Shown: positions 8,828 to 18,489 of the stretch, one piece after another
How positions within the stretch are numbered: the first letter of the stretch is position 1
Layout of the letters: the number at the start of each line of letters is the position of its first letter
NCBI RefSeq assembly: GCF_000018105.1
Contig: NC_009925.1
Coordinates: 5,790,001-5,822,000 of the forward strand
Source: Acaryochloris marina MBIC11017
Lineage (GTDB): Bacteria > Cyanobacteriota > Cyanobacteriia > Thermosynechococcales > Thermosynechococcaceae
Length of the DNA: 32,000 nt
Direction of reading: 5' to 3'
Translations under genes and position numbers: made by a program
Notes under the pieces: model-generated
What the model was told of the DNA's origin: nothing
Databases searched by the model: none
Seen by the model: the letters and a program-made list of their open reading frames with translations, nothing else

Positions 8828-10669
8828 TTATCCTGTCGCAAATTGCATCTGATGGTATTTCCATAATTCTCCTTTCTGGTTGAGTAACTCTTGATAATTT
8901 CCCTGCTCTACTACTCGTCCTTTCTCAAGGACAACAACTTGATCGGCATTGACTATGGTAGAAAGCCTGTGGGCAATAACAATAACCGTTCTACCTTGGG
9001 ATAAATTCTCTAAGGATTCTTGTATGAGTCGTTCGGTAACTGAATCTAGGGCACTTGTTGCTTCATCTAAAATGAGGATCTCTGGATTTCGGAGTAACGC
9101 TCTTGCGATCGCAATACGCTGACGTTGCCCTCCAGAAAGGCGAACACCTTTATCTCCCAATGAGGTTTTTAAGCCATCCGGAAGATCCTGAATAAACTGA
9201 AGGGCATTCGCCTGTCGAGCTGCCTCCCAAACCGCTGATTCATCGATTCCTTCTAATCCGTAGGCAATGTTGTAGAAGACAGAGGCATTAAAAATAAACG
9301 TATCTTGGCTGACGATGGCTAACTTCTGTCGAAAAGTATGGATATCAAATTGCCGTAAATCAATCCCATCTACAAGAATTTTGCCGTCGGTCGGATCATA
9401 AAGTCGAGGAATCAAGTCTGCCAGGGTGGTTTTACCTGCCCCAGAAGATCCCACTAGTGCCGTGGTCTGTCCTTTAGCAATGGCAAGGGTAATGTCATGA
9501 AGAACAGGCTCATTCGCTTCATACCCAAAATTAACCGCAACAAAATCAATGGAGCATTTAAGCTCTGAGAAGGGGAGTTCACCATTTTGGAGATACGGTT
9601 TGTCAGATTCTTTCAAGAGGTCTTTGACATTCTTAAATGCACCTTGAAAACTATTGAGTTTGGTCCAAGCCCCGTTGATGTGAGTGACCACAGGCATCGT
9701 TCGGGACAAGGTCAGCAGAAAAGTGAGTAAGGTAGTGGCGCGCATCTGCCCACTTTCCACCAAAGTGCTAAACGCGATAGCAACCATCAAAATTAAAAGA
9801 GTGCCCGACATCCCCTGGGTCAAAGGCCCCACCATGGTGGATAGCTTTGCCACTTTAGAGGTAGCCTTCACCACCTGGCTTGTTGCTTTGTAAAAGCGTT
9901 GACGCTCGTACTCATGGGTCGAAGAGGCATGTACTGTACGGATGCCGTTAATCAGTTCCAATGCAGCGGACGAAAAGCGTCCATTTGCGGTCGGCACATC
10001 AAAACTGGCTTCTCTGACCTTGGCTGTAATTTTTGATACACAGATGGACAATAACCCGAAGACCAAAAATGCTGCGATGGAAAGCTGCCAAGAGAGGAAA
10101 AACATCAAGCCCACATAGACAAGCAATGTCATTCCTTGGGTAAAAAAGACCGAAATAACATTGAAGGCCTGCTGCAGTTGGTTCGTTTCTCCCCGAATAC
10201 TATTGATCAATTCCCCTGGTTGAGTCTTCGAATAAAAGCTTAAGCTCAACCCCTGTAGCTGTTCAAAAATGCTGCGACGTAAGCGCTCAGTTAAATTGAT
10301 GGCCGCTAATCTTGAAAAGAGTTGACCCAAATAGTGCGATAGAGACTGTAGCCAGATTGCAAATAAAATAAAGGTTGAGAGCCTAATAATCCGTTCAGCC
10401 GGGGGAGCGGTAATGCCAAAGACCCAATGATCAATAAAATATAGCCCCGTTTGGATTGGGGATTCCTGAGGATTTGTCAGCCCTTGAAGGAAAACACCAA
10501 TCAAGGCAACTGTAGAGCCTGACAAGCAAGCGGCGAATAACGAGAATGAGATGGCAGCTACAGTAACGCCAGGGAAAAATTTAAATTCTCTCAGGATCAA
10601 TCGATTATCCTGCCAAAGTGCCGTTGCTTTTAAGAGATTCCGAATAGCAATACGTAAATCTGAAAACAT
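8828..10669 (-). CDS. Fused TMD-NBD ABC exporter, MsbA/HepA-like (candidate polysaccharide or lipid-linked-glycan exporter)
   Basis: 613 aa with six N-terminal hydrophobic segments. Motifs are Walker A GSSGAGKTT, signature LSGGQRQR and Walker B ILILDEATSALD. The architecture matches the heterocyst-polysaccharide exporter HepA and MsbA/PglK. Confidence 0.9.
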   Translation of the reverse strand: MFSDLRIAIRNLLKATALWQDNRLILREFKFFPGVTVAAISFSLFAACLSGSTVALIGVFLQGLTNPQESPIQTGLYFIDHWVFGITAPPAERIIRLSTFILFAIWLQSLSHYLGQLFSRLAAINLTERLRRSIFEQLQGLSLSFYSKTQPGELINSIRGETNQLQQAFNVISVFFTQGMTLLVYVGLMFFLSWQLSIAAFLVFGLLSICVSKITAKVREASFDVPTANGRFSSAALELINGIRTVHASSTHEYERQRFYKATSQVVKATSKVAKLSTMVGPLTQGMSGTLLILMVAIAFSTLVESGQMRATTLLTFLLTLSRTMPVVTHINGAWTKLNSFQGAFKNVKDLLKESDKPYLQNGELPFSELKCSIDFVAVNFGYEANEPVLHDITLAIAKGQTTALVGSSGAGKTTLADLIPRLYDPTDGKILVDGIDLRQFDIHTFRQKLAIVSQDTFIFNASVFYNIAYGLEGIDESAVWEAARQANALQFIQDLPDGLKTSLGDKGVRLSGGQRQRIAIARALLRNPEILILDEATSALDSVTERLIQESLENLSQGRTVIVIAHRLSTIVNADQVVVLEKGRVVEQGNYQELLNQKGELWKYHQMQFATG

Positions 10670-10678
10670 ATCAAACGA

Positions 10679-11662
10679 TTAACTAGAATGACCAACGGGG
10701 CTAAGCGCATGATTTCGCGAGAAAATTTTCCGAACAGTATTGAACAGACTCAAACACCAAACGTAACTTTTCATACCCACCAATTGCATCAGGGTATTTG
10801 CAATAGAGAATGAAATAAACTCTCTAGAAAATCGCAAGTTTGGATAGTGGTTTATTGCCTGCTGACAGAAGAAGTCCGCTTTTTTAAAGTCTGGTTCTTT
10901 AGCCTGAATACATTTCCAAGCAATACACAAATTTACGCGTCCATAACTCCGGTTTCTAATCGGTAAATAATCATAGGGAACAGATTGAAAAGCCCGCTCA
11001 ATAATCGTTCTAAAATCCTCAACCATTTCTGGATAACGTTTCGATTTGCTCGAAGGGTGAATTCTGTATTGAACCAACGGATCTTTAATCACAGAAATCC
11101 GACAGACTGCTGCAACTCGGATCCATAGATCCCAATCTTCAGCAACTATCAATGCTGAATCAAAAATACCAACAACATCTAAACAAGACCGCCTTACCAT
11201 TACTGAAGAACAGGCAATCATATTGGATTCGACAATTTCCTCCCATATTGCACCTTCACTCTGAGGTTTCATGACTCTACCCGTGAGCCGACTTTCTTCA
11301 TCCATCAAGGCCAGCCAGGTATGAACCAACCCCACCTCATCTTCAAGCGCTAACACTCTAACTTGCTGCTCTAACTTAGTAGGAGCCCAAAAATCATCAC
11401 CATCTAAAAAAGCGATGTATTCTCCCCGTGCCAGCCTGATGCCGGTATTTCGGGCTGAGGACACACCTTGATTGGATTGGGCGTGGAACACGACCCTCGA
11501 ATCTACAACAGAAGTAATCCAATCAGAAATGCCATCAGAACTACCGTCATCAACAATGATGACTTCAATATCAGAGAAAGTCTGTTTCAAAACACTTTCT
11601 AACGTTTCAGGAAAGAAACGCATCGAATTAAAAGTTGTGATAATAACTGAAACTTTAACCAT
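10679..11662 (-). CDS. GT2-family glycosyltransferase
   Basis: VSVIITTFNSMRFFPETLESVLKQTFSDIEVIIVDDGSSDG and the DxD motif FLDGDDFW. Its stop is 9 nt upstream of the ABC exporter start. Confidence 0.85.
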   Translation of the reverse strand: MVKVSVIITTFNSMRFFPETLESVLKQTFSDIEVIIVDDGSSDGISDWITSVVDSRVVFHAQSNQGVSSARNTGIRLARGEYIAFLDGDDFWAPTKLEQQVRVLALEDEVGLVHTWLALMDEESRLTGRVMKPQSEGAIWEEIVESNMIACSSVMVRRSCLDVVGIFDSALIVAEDWDLWIRVAAVCRISVIKDPLVQYRIHPSSKSKRYPEMVEDFRTIIERAFQSVPYDYLPIRNRSYGRVNLCIAWKCIQAKEPDFKKADFFCQQAINHYPNLRFSREFISFSIANTLMQLVGMKSYVWCLSLFNTVRKIFSRNHALSPVGHSS

Positions 11663-11837
11663 TAGATAACTTCAGTACTAATGTTTTTTATGGATTCAAT
11701 AAAGTGGAAGTAAACAATTTCTTGAAATTGATCATCCACTAGACCTCTTGCAATATTCGTTTCATGGTGTGTTACGCACTCAATTTATGCCGCGATCTGA
11801 CTTGAATTTTTAGTTCGCTACCATGCCGTTAGCTGAA

Positions 11838-12386
11838 TTATGCGAGAGGTCTACTAACGTAGGACAAGCCGGAGTGAAAATGATTTAAGCGAATAACTTT
11901 GGCAGGGTTACCAGCGACTACAGCATGGGCAGGAACATTGGATACCACTACAGCTCCAGCTCCAATAACAGCATTATCTCCAATTTCGATGGGGCCAAGA
12001 ATAACAACATTACAACCAATTTCAACATGGTCTCCAATGGTGGGAGATGAAGAAACTGACCCATCCGATAGAATCTTATTTCCAATCGTAGTGGAGTGAC
12101 GAATGATACAATCCCTACCGATAGTTGCATGGCGATTGATAACTAGTGAAAATCCATGCTGAAGTTGAAGATTCTTGCCTATTGTAGTGTCAGTAGGCAA
12201 TTCTATTGCAAATAGTATCTCCGTAAAAATCTGATATAGATAAGTTAGTAATCTAAGTGGATAGGGAAGGTTTGATAGTAATTGAGAAGTCCTAAAAAAA
12301 GAAAGCACAAGTCGCGACTTTAAACTGGTCAGCTTATTAACCTCCCAGTCTTGAAAAATATATTCGAGCAGCTGGTTTTTTATCAT
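11838..12386 (-). CDS. Left-handed beta-helix (hexapeptide-repeat) O-acetyltransferase, WcaB/CysE-like
   Basis: Hexapeptide repeats IGDHVEIGCNVVILGPIEIGDNAVIGAGAVVVSNVP. I place the start at the ATG at 12386 (MIKNQLLEY...). The track ORF extends to a TTG at 12413, which would overlap the upstream stop by 4 nt. Confidence 0.8.
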   Translation of the reverse strand: MIKNQLLEYIFQDWEVNKLTSLKSRLVLSFFRTSQLLSNLPYPLRLLTYLYQIFTEILFAIELPTDTTIGKNLQLQHGFSLVINRHATIGRDCIIRHSTTIGNKILSDGSVSSSPTIGDHVEIGCNVVILGPIEIGDNAVIGAGAVVVSNVPAHAVVAGNPAKVIRLNHFHSGLSYVSRPLA

Positions 12387-12409
12387 CAATCTCACCTGAA
12401 TAACCCGGA

Positions 12410-13321
12410 TCAAACTCGTTGATTAGCAACTCTAAGTGCAGGCCTAGCCTGACCAGCAGTCATTTGTTTATCGAATGCTTGATCAAGCCTACTGAGTAAG
12501 CCATCACAGAGTTCTTGGATATCCGCTGAAAGATCTAAAGATCTCCCTTTGTCTACAGAATATGAATTAATCTCCCACGTATTTCTAGCTCTAAATCTTT
12601 TTCCCAAAAAAGAATAGATATCGTTTATAAATTGATTCGGATAGCACACCATATGCTCATATTTACACATCATTACTCTTGAGTTCTGATTAAGCTCTAA
12701 CTCAAAAAAGAATGAATTTCTGACATACCAAAACAAAGCAACTGCATCAGCGGGTTGGATATCATCCCTATAAAATTCAACTAAGGTTGATCGGACAGAA
12801 GATGGGATGGATTCCGAATACCAAAAATCCGTATTTCCCTCAATAATGGCTTTGATATTTCGTATTCCTACATTTAGACTGAATTTATTTAGAAATGAAT
12901 TTATAACGTCTTTATACCCCCTATACATCCATAAAGCTTTAGATTGAGGAAAATGATCGAGTAAATGCAAAATATTTTGCGTTTCTACCAATGGCTTCAA
13001 AACGATCGTAGGAGACTTATCTTTTAATAAATCTGATTCCAAATCCTGAAATGAGTTGAGCCGAAGCTTATAATATCCTGTCTGAGTTGAATCATTCGAT
13101 GACAAGCAGCTAGATTCTCTATATACACTGATATTGAAATCCCTAGCAAAAATTCGGTTAATCAAGCTTGTGCCTGAACGTTGACAACCAACTATCATCA
13201 GAATTTGTTGTTGAGGACAAGTTAGATAAAATAATTTTTGATATAGAAACTTTAAGGCATAAATAAGATATAAGTCAAAGGTGACATGCTCAATATTTAA
13301 TCGTTTTTTTATTCCATTCAT
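12410..13321 (-). CDS. Putative PAPS-dependent sulfotransferase, divergent Sulfotransfer_3-like
   Basis: P-loop MIVGCQRSGTSLINR and a 3'-PB-like motif MYRGYKDVINS. It is very AT-rich and diverges from the other three sulfotransferases. Confidence 0.65.
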   Translation of the reverse strand: MNGIKKRLNIEHVTFDLYLIYALKFLYQKLFYLTCPQQQILMIVGCQRSGTSLINRIFARDFNISVYRESSCLSSNDSTQTGYYKLRLNSFQDLESDLLKDKSPTIVLKPLVETQNILHLLDHFPQSKALWMYRGYKDVINSFLNKFSLNVGIRNIKAIIEGNTDFWYSESIPSSVRSTLVEFYRDDIQPADAVALFWYVRNSFFFELELNQNSRVMMCKYEHMVCYPNQFINDIYSFLGKRFRARNTWEINSYSVDKGRSLDLSADIQELCDGLLSRLDQAFDKQMTAGQARPALRVANQRV

Positions 13322-13362
13322 AAGTATTTCCCCGAGATAATCTAGGAACTGTAATTAGATAT

Positions 13363-14726
13363 CTAGTTAGTAAGACTCACTATTTCTGGAGAATTCCAAT
13401 CCCAGCTTGATATTGCAAATAAAATAGAAAAATAGAAGAAGAATACCGTATGACTCCATATGTTTTCTGTGAGCATTCCCACTAAAACTGCAATAATTAA
13501 AGCAGTAATAATCAGGCTTAAATCCTTGTGAGAGTCTAAAGTGGAAGTTCGTACTAATTTAATCGATTGAGTGAGATATATCCCCCACAATACTAAATAA
13601 GAGAAGAGCCCTAATATTCCGCCCTCAATCAATGCCCTTAAATAGTCATTATGAGGTAAATATTTACTATCAATGGATTGCTTGCTTAGCCCCAAACCAT
13701 AACCAAGGAAGGAATGTTTTTCCCATGCCTTTAAAACAGTATGCCAATGAGATAAGCGCCAATTAAAACTATTATGATCAGACTCAGACAAAAGTATCCC
13801 TCGATTAATACTAATCTCTGGGTTTAATAAAGGCGTATTAATCGTTGACTCAAGTCTCGACCGACCATAGTCCGTACTAGCAAATAAACTAATTACCAGG
13901 GAAAACTTAATATTCCAAAAATCAAGGTCTTCAAATTTAATTTAGGAAGAATGACTACCAGTAAAGATACTAACAACATCACTAGAACAAACAATGCTTT
14001 AGTACTAATCAACAAAAAGGATAGTCCACCTAACAGCGTTATCCAAAGCCCCTTGAATTTAGATGAATTCTTATATTGCCACCACACTATTCCCATAAAT
14101 AATAGGAGAAATGAAGCAAATGCATTTGAATGAGCAAAAGTCGAGTTAATTCGTTCTATTCCATTTTGGAGCTGAAATAAGGCCATCAAAATTGGGATAG
14201 GTAAAGCCAGCAATAGGACAGAGAGAATCTTTTGAGGTGAGACCTTCCCTTTTAACTGCAGAACTAAAAAATATGCGGTTGGCCATATCAGTATTCTTAG
14301 CCACTCTCTAACACTTTCAGCTAAATAAGAAGCATCAGAGCCTAATGCATCGAGAGGCATTAACAACAGCCATAATCCTTGGGAGATTGTCCAGCCGAAT
14401 AATAGCCACCAAAATGAGTCTGTTTGAATTGATTTATTACTAATAAAACAAAACACCATATAGATTACGGCTAACATCTCAATTCCGACTCCATAAGCAG
14501 CAGGAATCTTAGCTTGAGAAAAGAAATCAAGTGAGCTTCTAAGCACAAGTAAAAAAAGGATGCTGACTTCAAACTCCTTTAGAAAAAAAGACAATAAAAT
14601 AGCTATTATTACTAATAGTATGCTTGCTTTAAGGGTGACTTCTCCCAACATGGCAGTACCCAAAGCAATTGACAAAGAGAGCAATCCAAAACTAATACTT
14701 TTCTTATTGAGTTCAAATATAGTCAT
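13363..14726 (-). pseudogene. Wzy/O-antigen-ligase-like (Wzy_C) polytopic membrane protein, split into two ORFs by a frameshift
   Basis: ORF 13893-14726 is multi-TM. ORF 13363-13791 carries the Wzy_C-type loop (YLPHNDYLRALIEGGILGLFSY). The downstream frame stays open up to 13941 and overlaps the end of the upstream ORF. One indel near the G3A4 run at 13899-13905 would fuse them into a protein of about 450 aa. Confidence 0.6.
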
Positions 14727-14759
14727 ATATGCTTAAGAAAAAGATTTATCCATCCGAGT

Positions 14760-16883
14760 TCATGCAGCCAAGGCATAATCTTCTTTTAAGTAGCGATAAT
14801 ATTTATCCGTTGAGGCCGTTACTCCATTTATTGCCAGACCGACAACATTGACATTATTAGAATTTAAGATGTCTATGGACCTATTTAGAACTTGCTTAGG
14901 AGTAACGTCAAGCCTTGCAACCACAACCGTTTGACGCCCTTCTTGGCTTAATACTAAAGCGTCAGAACAAGCCATTACGGGTGGAGTATCAATCACAATC
15001 ACATCGTAATGTTGTTGCACCTCAGTAAATAGTTCCTTTGCTCTTTGGGTTTCAAAAGAGAAGACATTATCATATGAAAACTTCCCTGAAGTCATCACCG
15101 ATAAGTTTTTTACTGAAGTTCTGTGGATAGCAGCGGGTAAACCTTCTTTTACTGAACCTCTGAGGTAATCTTGCAATCCTGGATCCTGAGGCAACTGAAA
15201 AATCTTATGGATAGAAGGACGCCGCATATCAGCATCAATCAGTAAAGTTCTTTTTGACAACATTGCCGATAAAACAGCCAAATTCGTGGCGACAAATGAT
15301 TTACCCTCACCAGAAATTGCACTGGTTATGACTAAAACTTTGCTTTCAGTTGAATTTTTATATTCAATATTTTTAGATAATGCTCTTACTGATTCTAATA
15401 ATGGCAAGTTATTATAAAGTTCAGCAAATGGTAATGAAGGGAACAAACGGCTATTCTTTTGTTTGGGAATTACGCCTAACACAGGAACGTTTGTGTTTTC
15501 TGCTATGCTCTCTAAGTCTCTGAGTCGTCCATCCATCCCTTCAGCGCTTAAAGTGACCCCTGCCGACAGTGCAACTGCAGCCATCATTCCTAGCACAAGA
15601 AAACTAGGAATATTCGGATATGAGGGTAAAGTTGGTTTATTCGCTTCCTCAATGATTCTGAGATTACTAACCAGTTGAGCTTCTGCAATACGGGCCTCAT
15701 CAAGCTTCTGACGGAGAAGATTGACTGATTCTGTTGCCCCTTCCTTTTTTCTTTGTAAGGAGGCTAAAGTTTTTTCCAAGACAGGGTATTGCTTACGCCT
15801 AGCATCTAACTTAGATATGTAGGCTCTTGTGTTCGCCAATTTGTCCCTTAGTTCATTCCGTTCAACCACACTAAGGACTAATTTTTCTGATAGTTCTTGG
15901 GTCACTTTTTCATTTGCAACCTGAACTGTGCCATCCGAGTTTAAGCGGCTCCTTGGAGATATCGTTGCAAGCTTCTGTTGATACAGAGCTTGGGCAGCAT
16001 CCTTCTCAGTGATTAGTTTTTGAATATCTGGATGATCATCCGTTAAACTCTCTCGCCTGATTTTTAGCTGCGACTCAAGATTAGACAGTTGATCTCTCAA
16101 GCTAATTAGCTCAGGATTCTGCCCAGCCTTCGCTGATAAGTATGATTCTTTACCAGAACTTTGGTCTATGACTTTACTGAGTGCCAAGCCTCGTGCTTGT
16201 ACTTGTCTCAAATTAGCCGATATCTCCTCAGCCACTTTCTCGGCTTCAGCAATACTTTGAGTTAGTCGCTTATTGTCTGTTTCCTCTAGTGAAACAATGT
16301 TGTATTGCTGCTTAAACTGACTGATGGAAGATTCAACTTTAACGAGTTCCTGTTGCCTGCGAGGGATTTGATTCTCTAGAAATTGTCGTGTTGCCCTTGC
16401 TTCAGAGCGAATAGTCTCAGCATTCTCTTGAATGACGCTTGAGGCGATCAAATTCAATAGCGATGAAGTTACTCCTGGGTCAGTATGGCGAAATGTAATT
16501 TCAATGATCTGAGTACCGGGAATAACCTCTGTGGCAACTTCTGGCTTAACCTCGCCTAGGGTAACTTTCTCAATGGCACTATCCTGATTGCTTTGGTTAA
16601 ACAGCACAATAGCTTTTGTGAGAACACTTTTTGAACGAACAAGCTCTTCTTGGGTTGCTAGCCCCTTGTTGTTATCCCCTGGCGTTTGAGCAATATCACG
16701 ACCCAGGGGGGAAATACTTGTGGCTGGCCTTTGATCCAAAATTAACCGGACTTTTGCGGAATATAGACGAGGAGTAATTAGCAAATACACGACTATTCCA
16801 GTAAAAACAGACAGAAAAGTTCCTACGGTAGTCCAACGATTCCTATAAATTATTTTGATTACTTTTGAAACAGATTCGTTCAT
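14760..16883 (-). CDS. wzc: Polysaccharide co-polymerase (PCP-2a) with a C-terminal bacterial tyrosine kinase domain, Wzc/GumC-like
   Basis: N-terminal TM segment, then a long coiled-coil periplasmic region and a second TM segment. Kinase motifs are Walker A SAISGEGKS, Walker A' LLIDADMRRP and Walker B VIVIDTPP. The Tyr-rich tail is DKYYRYLKEDYALAA. Confidence 0.9.
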   Translation of the reverse strand: MNESVSKVIKIIYRNRWTTVGTFLSVFTGIVVYLLITPRLYSAKVRLILDQRPATSISPLGRDIAQTPGDNNKGLATQEELVRSKSVLTKAIVLFNQSNQDSAIEKVTLGEVKPEVATEVIPGTQIIEITFRHTDPGVTSSLLNLIASSVIQENAETIRSEARATRQFLENQIPRRQQELVKVESSISQFKQQYNIVSLEETDNKRLTQSIAEAEKVAEEISANLRQVQARGLALSKVIDQSSGKESYLSAKAGQNPELISLRDQLSNLESQLKIRRESLTDDHPDIQKLITEKDAAQALYQQKLATISPRSRLNSDGTVQVANEKVTQELSEKLVLSVVERNELRDKLANTRAYISKLDARRKQYPVLEKTLASLQRKKEGATESVNLLRQKLDEARIAEAQLVSNLRIIEEANKPTLPSYPNIPSFLVLGMMAAVALSAGVTLSAEGMDGRLRDLESIAENTNVPVLGVIPKQKNSRLFPSLPFAELYNNLPLLESVRALSKNIEYKNSTESKVLVITSAISGEGKSFVATNLAVLSAMLSKRTLLIDADMRRPSIHKIFQLPQDPGLQDYLRGSVKEGLPAAIHRTSVKNLSVMTSGKFSYDNVFSFETQRAKELFTEVQQHYDVIVIDTPPVMACSDALVLSQEGRQTVVVARLDVTPKQVLNRSIDILNSNNVNVVGLAINGVTASTDKYYRYLKEDYALAA

Positions 16884-17053
16884 AACAGGATAAAAAAGCT
16901 AATGACTTACTTTGCTTATTTAGAATGCTTAGCTAAACTAAGTAGCTTTTCTACTTAATTAGTCCAAGCCAATACCCATACCATTCAATTCCACCCATCA
17001 AAAAAAGATGAAGTCAAAAAAGTGTGGTAAATTCGAAGACACTAGCCTCCCAA

Positions 17054-18235
17054 TTACTTCACATCTAACGGTTCACTTTTCTCAGGATTAAGAGGAAAAT
17101 CCGAACTCAAAAGCGCTGAATAAAGGTCCAAATTATCGGCAGTTATTTTTTGCCAAGTATAGTTCTCAGAAACGTGCTTTTTAGCCCTCATAGCCATTTG
17201 GGATAGCTTTTCTAAATCCCTCAAAGCAACATCAATGCTATCAATACAAGATTGTAGATTTCCTGCTTGGAACATAATGCCTCGATCAGTACCTAGCAAT
17301 TGACGATGTGCCAAGATGTCACTAGCCAAAATGGGAATACCTTCACGCATAGCCTCCAACATGGCCAATGGCAAACCCTCTAAATCTGAAGGTAGGGTAA
17401 ATAACCCTGCACCTCTAACCAGCTCTGCCAATCGTGCACCTTTCAGCTCACCTGCAAACACTACATCATCTCTATCCTCAGCTCTATTCAAGAGTTCTCT
17501 TTGATAGACTGTTGTATCGCTAACGCCACCCACGAGTACTAATTTCCAGCCACAGGCTTCTATCCTCTTAAAAGCTTCAATTAATAGCTCAGGTCTTTTT
17601 TCAGGTACAAGCCTGCCCAGAAAAATAAAATATTTACCAGGTTCTAAACCGAGAGATTTTCCGAATTTAAAGTCTGGATCTGAATTTTTATATGTGGCAG
17701 GTGCATTGGGAATATACACCGTCTTTCGCTGATAGGTATGCCAAAAATAGGCTTCAAGCTCTCTTGAAACAACGGTTATTTCATCAGCGAATAGCGCAGC
17801 TGCTCGTTCACCTAACCGGATGATAGTGCTAGAGAAGGTTCCCCATTTTGCTCTTTGCCAGTCTAAACCTTGGCAAGTGACTACAATCTTAGGAGGCTTC
17901 TGGAAAGGATTTAACTTAGGTAACCAACAGAATAAAGAAGGTCCTAATGCATGAAAGTGGACAATATTATATTTTCCTAAAGAGGCTGATATAGCTGCAA
18001 TCAAAGAAGATAGAAAAGCATCAATCCCACGTAGCCAAATACTGGGAAGATTGACAACCTCTACCCCCTCATAGGAGGTTCTTTTAAACCACGATAAATT
18101 AGTATAAGAGGAACGGGCAAACAAGACCACAGAATTTCCTTGGGCAACCATTCGAGGATAAACCTCTGAACAGTGATGCTCGATTCCACCTTGTTTTGCT
18201 GGTAGACCCTTTGGTCCAATAACGGCAACTTTCAT
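17054..18235 (-). CDS. GT4-family glycosyltransferase
   Basis: MKVAVIGPKGLPAKQGGIEHH N-terminus and EX7E motif DLEGLPLAMLEAMREGIPILASD. Confidence 0.85.
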   Translation of the reverse strand: MKVAVIGPKGLPAKQGGIEHHCSEVYPRMVAQGNSVVLFARSSYTNLSWFKRTSYEGVEVVNLPSIWLRGIDAFLSSLIAAISASLGKYNIVHFHALGPSLFCWLPKLNPFQKPPKIVVTCQGLDWQRAKWGTFSSTIIRLGERAAALFADEITVVSRELEAYFWHTYQRKTVYIPNAPATYKNSDPDFKFGKSLGLEPGKYFIFLGRLVPEKRPELLIEAFKRIEACGWKLVLVGGVSDTTVYQRELLNRAEDRDDVVFAGELKGARLAELVRGAGLFTLPSDLEGLPLAMLEAMREGIPILASDILAHRQLLGTDRGIMFQAGNLQSCIDSIDVALRDLEKLSQMAMRAKKHVSENYTWQKITADNLDLYSALLSSDFPLNPEKSEPLDVK

Positions 18236-18253
18236 TTGGCAACCTTATTCATG

Positions 18254-18301
18254 ACATCAAGTACTTGGGGTTAGCGGTCTCAGATTGGCGTCGGGAACCG
18301 C
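18254..18301 (-). repeat. Hairpin repeat copy A (conserved box plus a GCGGT/ACCGC stem around a conserved loop)
   Basis: Sequence is acatcaagtacttggggttaGCGGTctcagattggcgtcgggaACCGC. It shares a 19-nt core and a 5' box with copy B. On the minus strand it ends 18 nt before the GT start codon at 18235. Confidence 0.6.
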
Positions 18302-18489
18302 AGATTAAAATAGTTAGTTTGATAACGTTAAACAACGTGTAAGTTTAAGCAACATTGCAAACTTAGGAAAATCATTTTTCATGGGATTTATCTCGAATTC
18401 AACATAGCTTTTAACTCAGATACCCTAACGGGTTAGATCTGTTTGATTAATATCTCTAAAAATTGCTGCTAGCATGGGATTAGGCTCCT

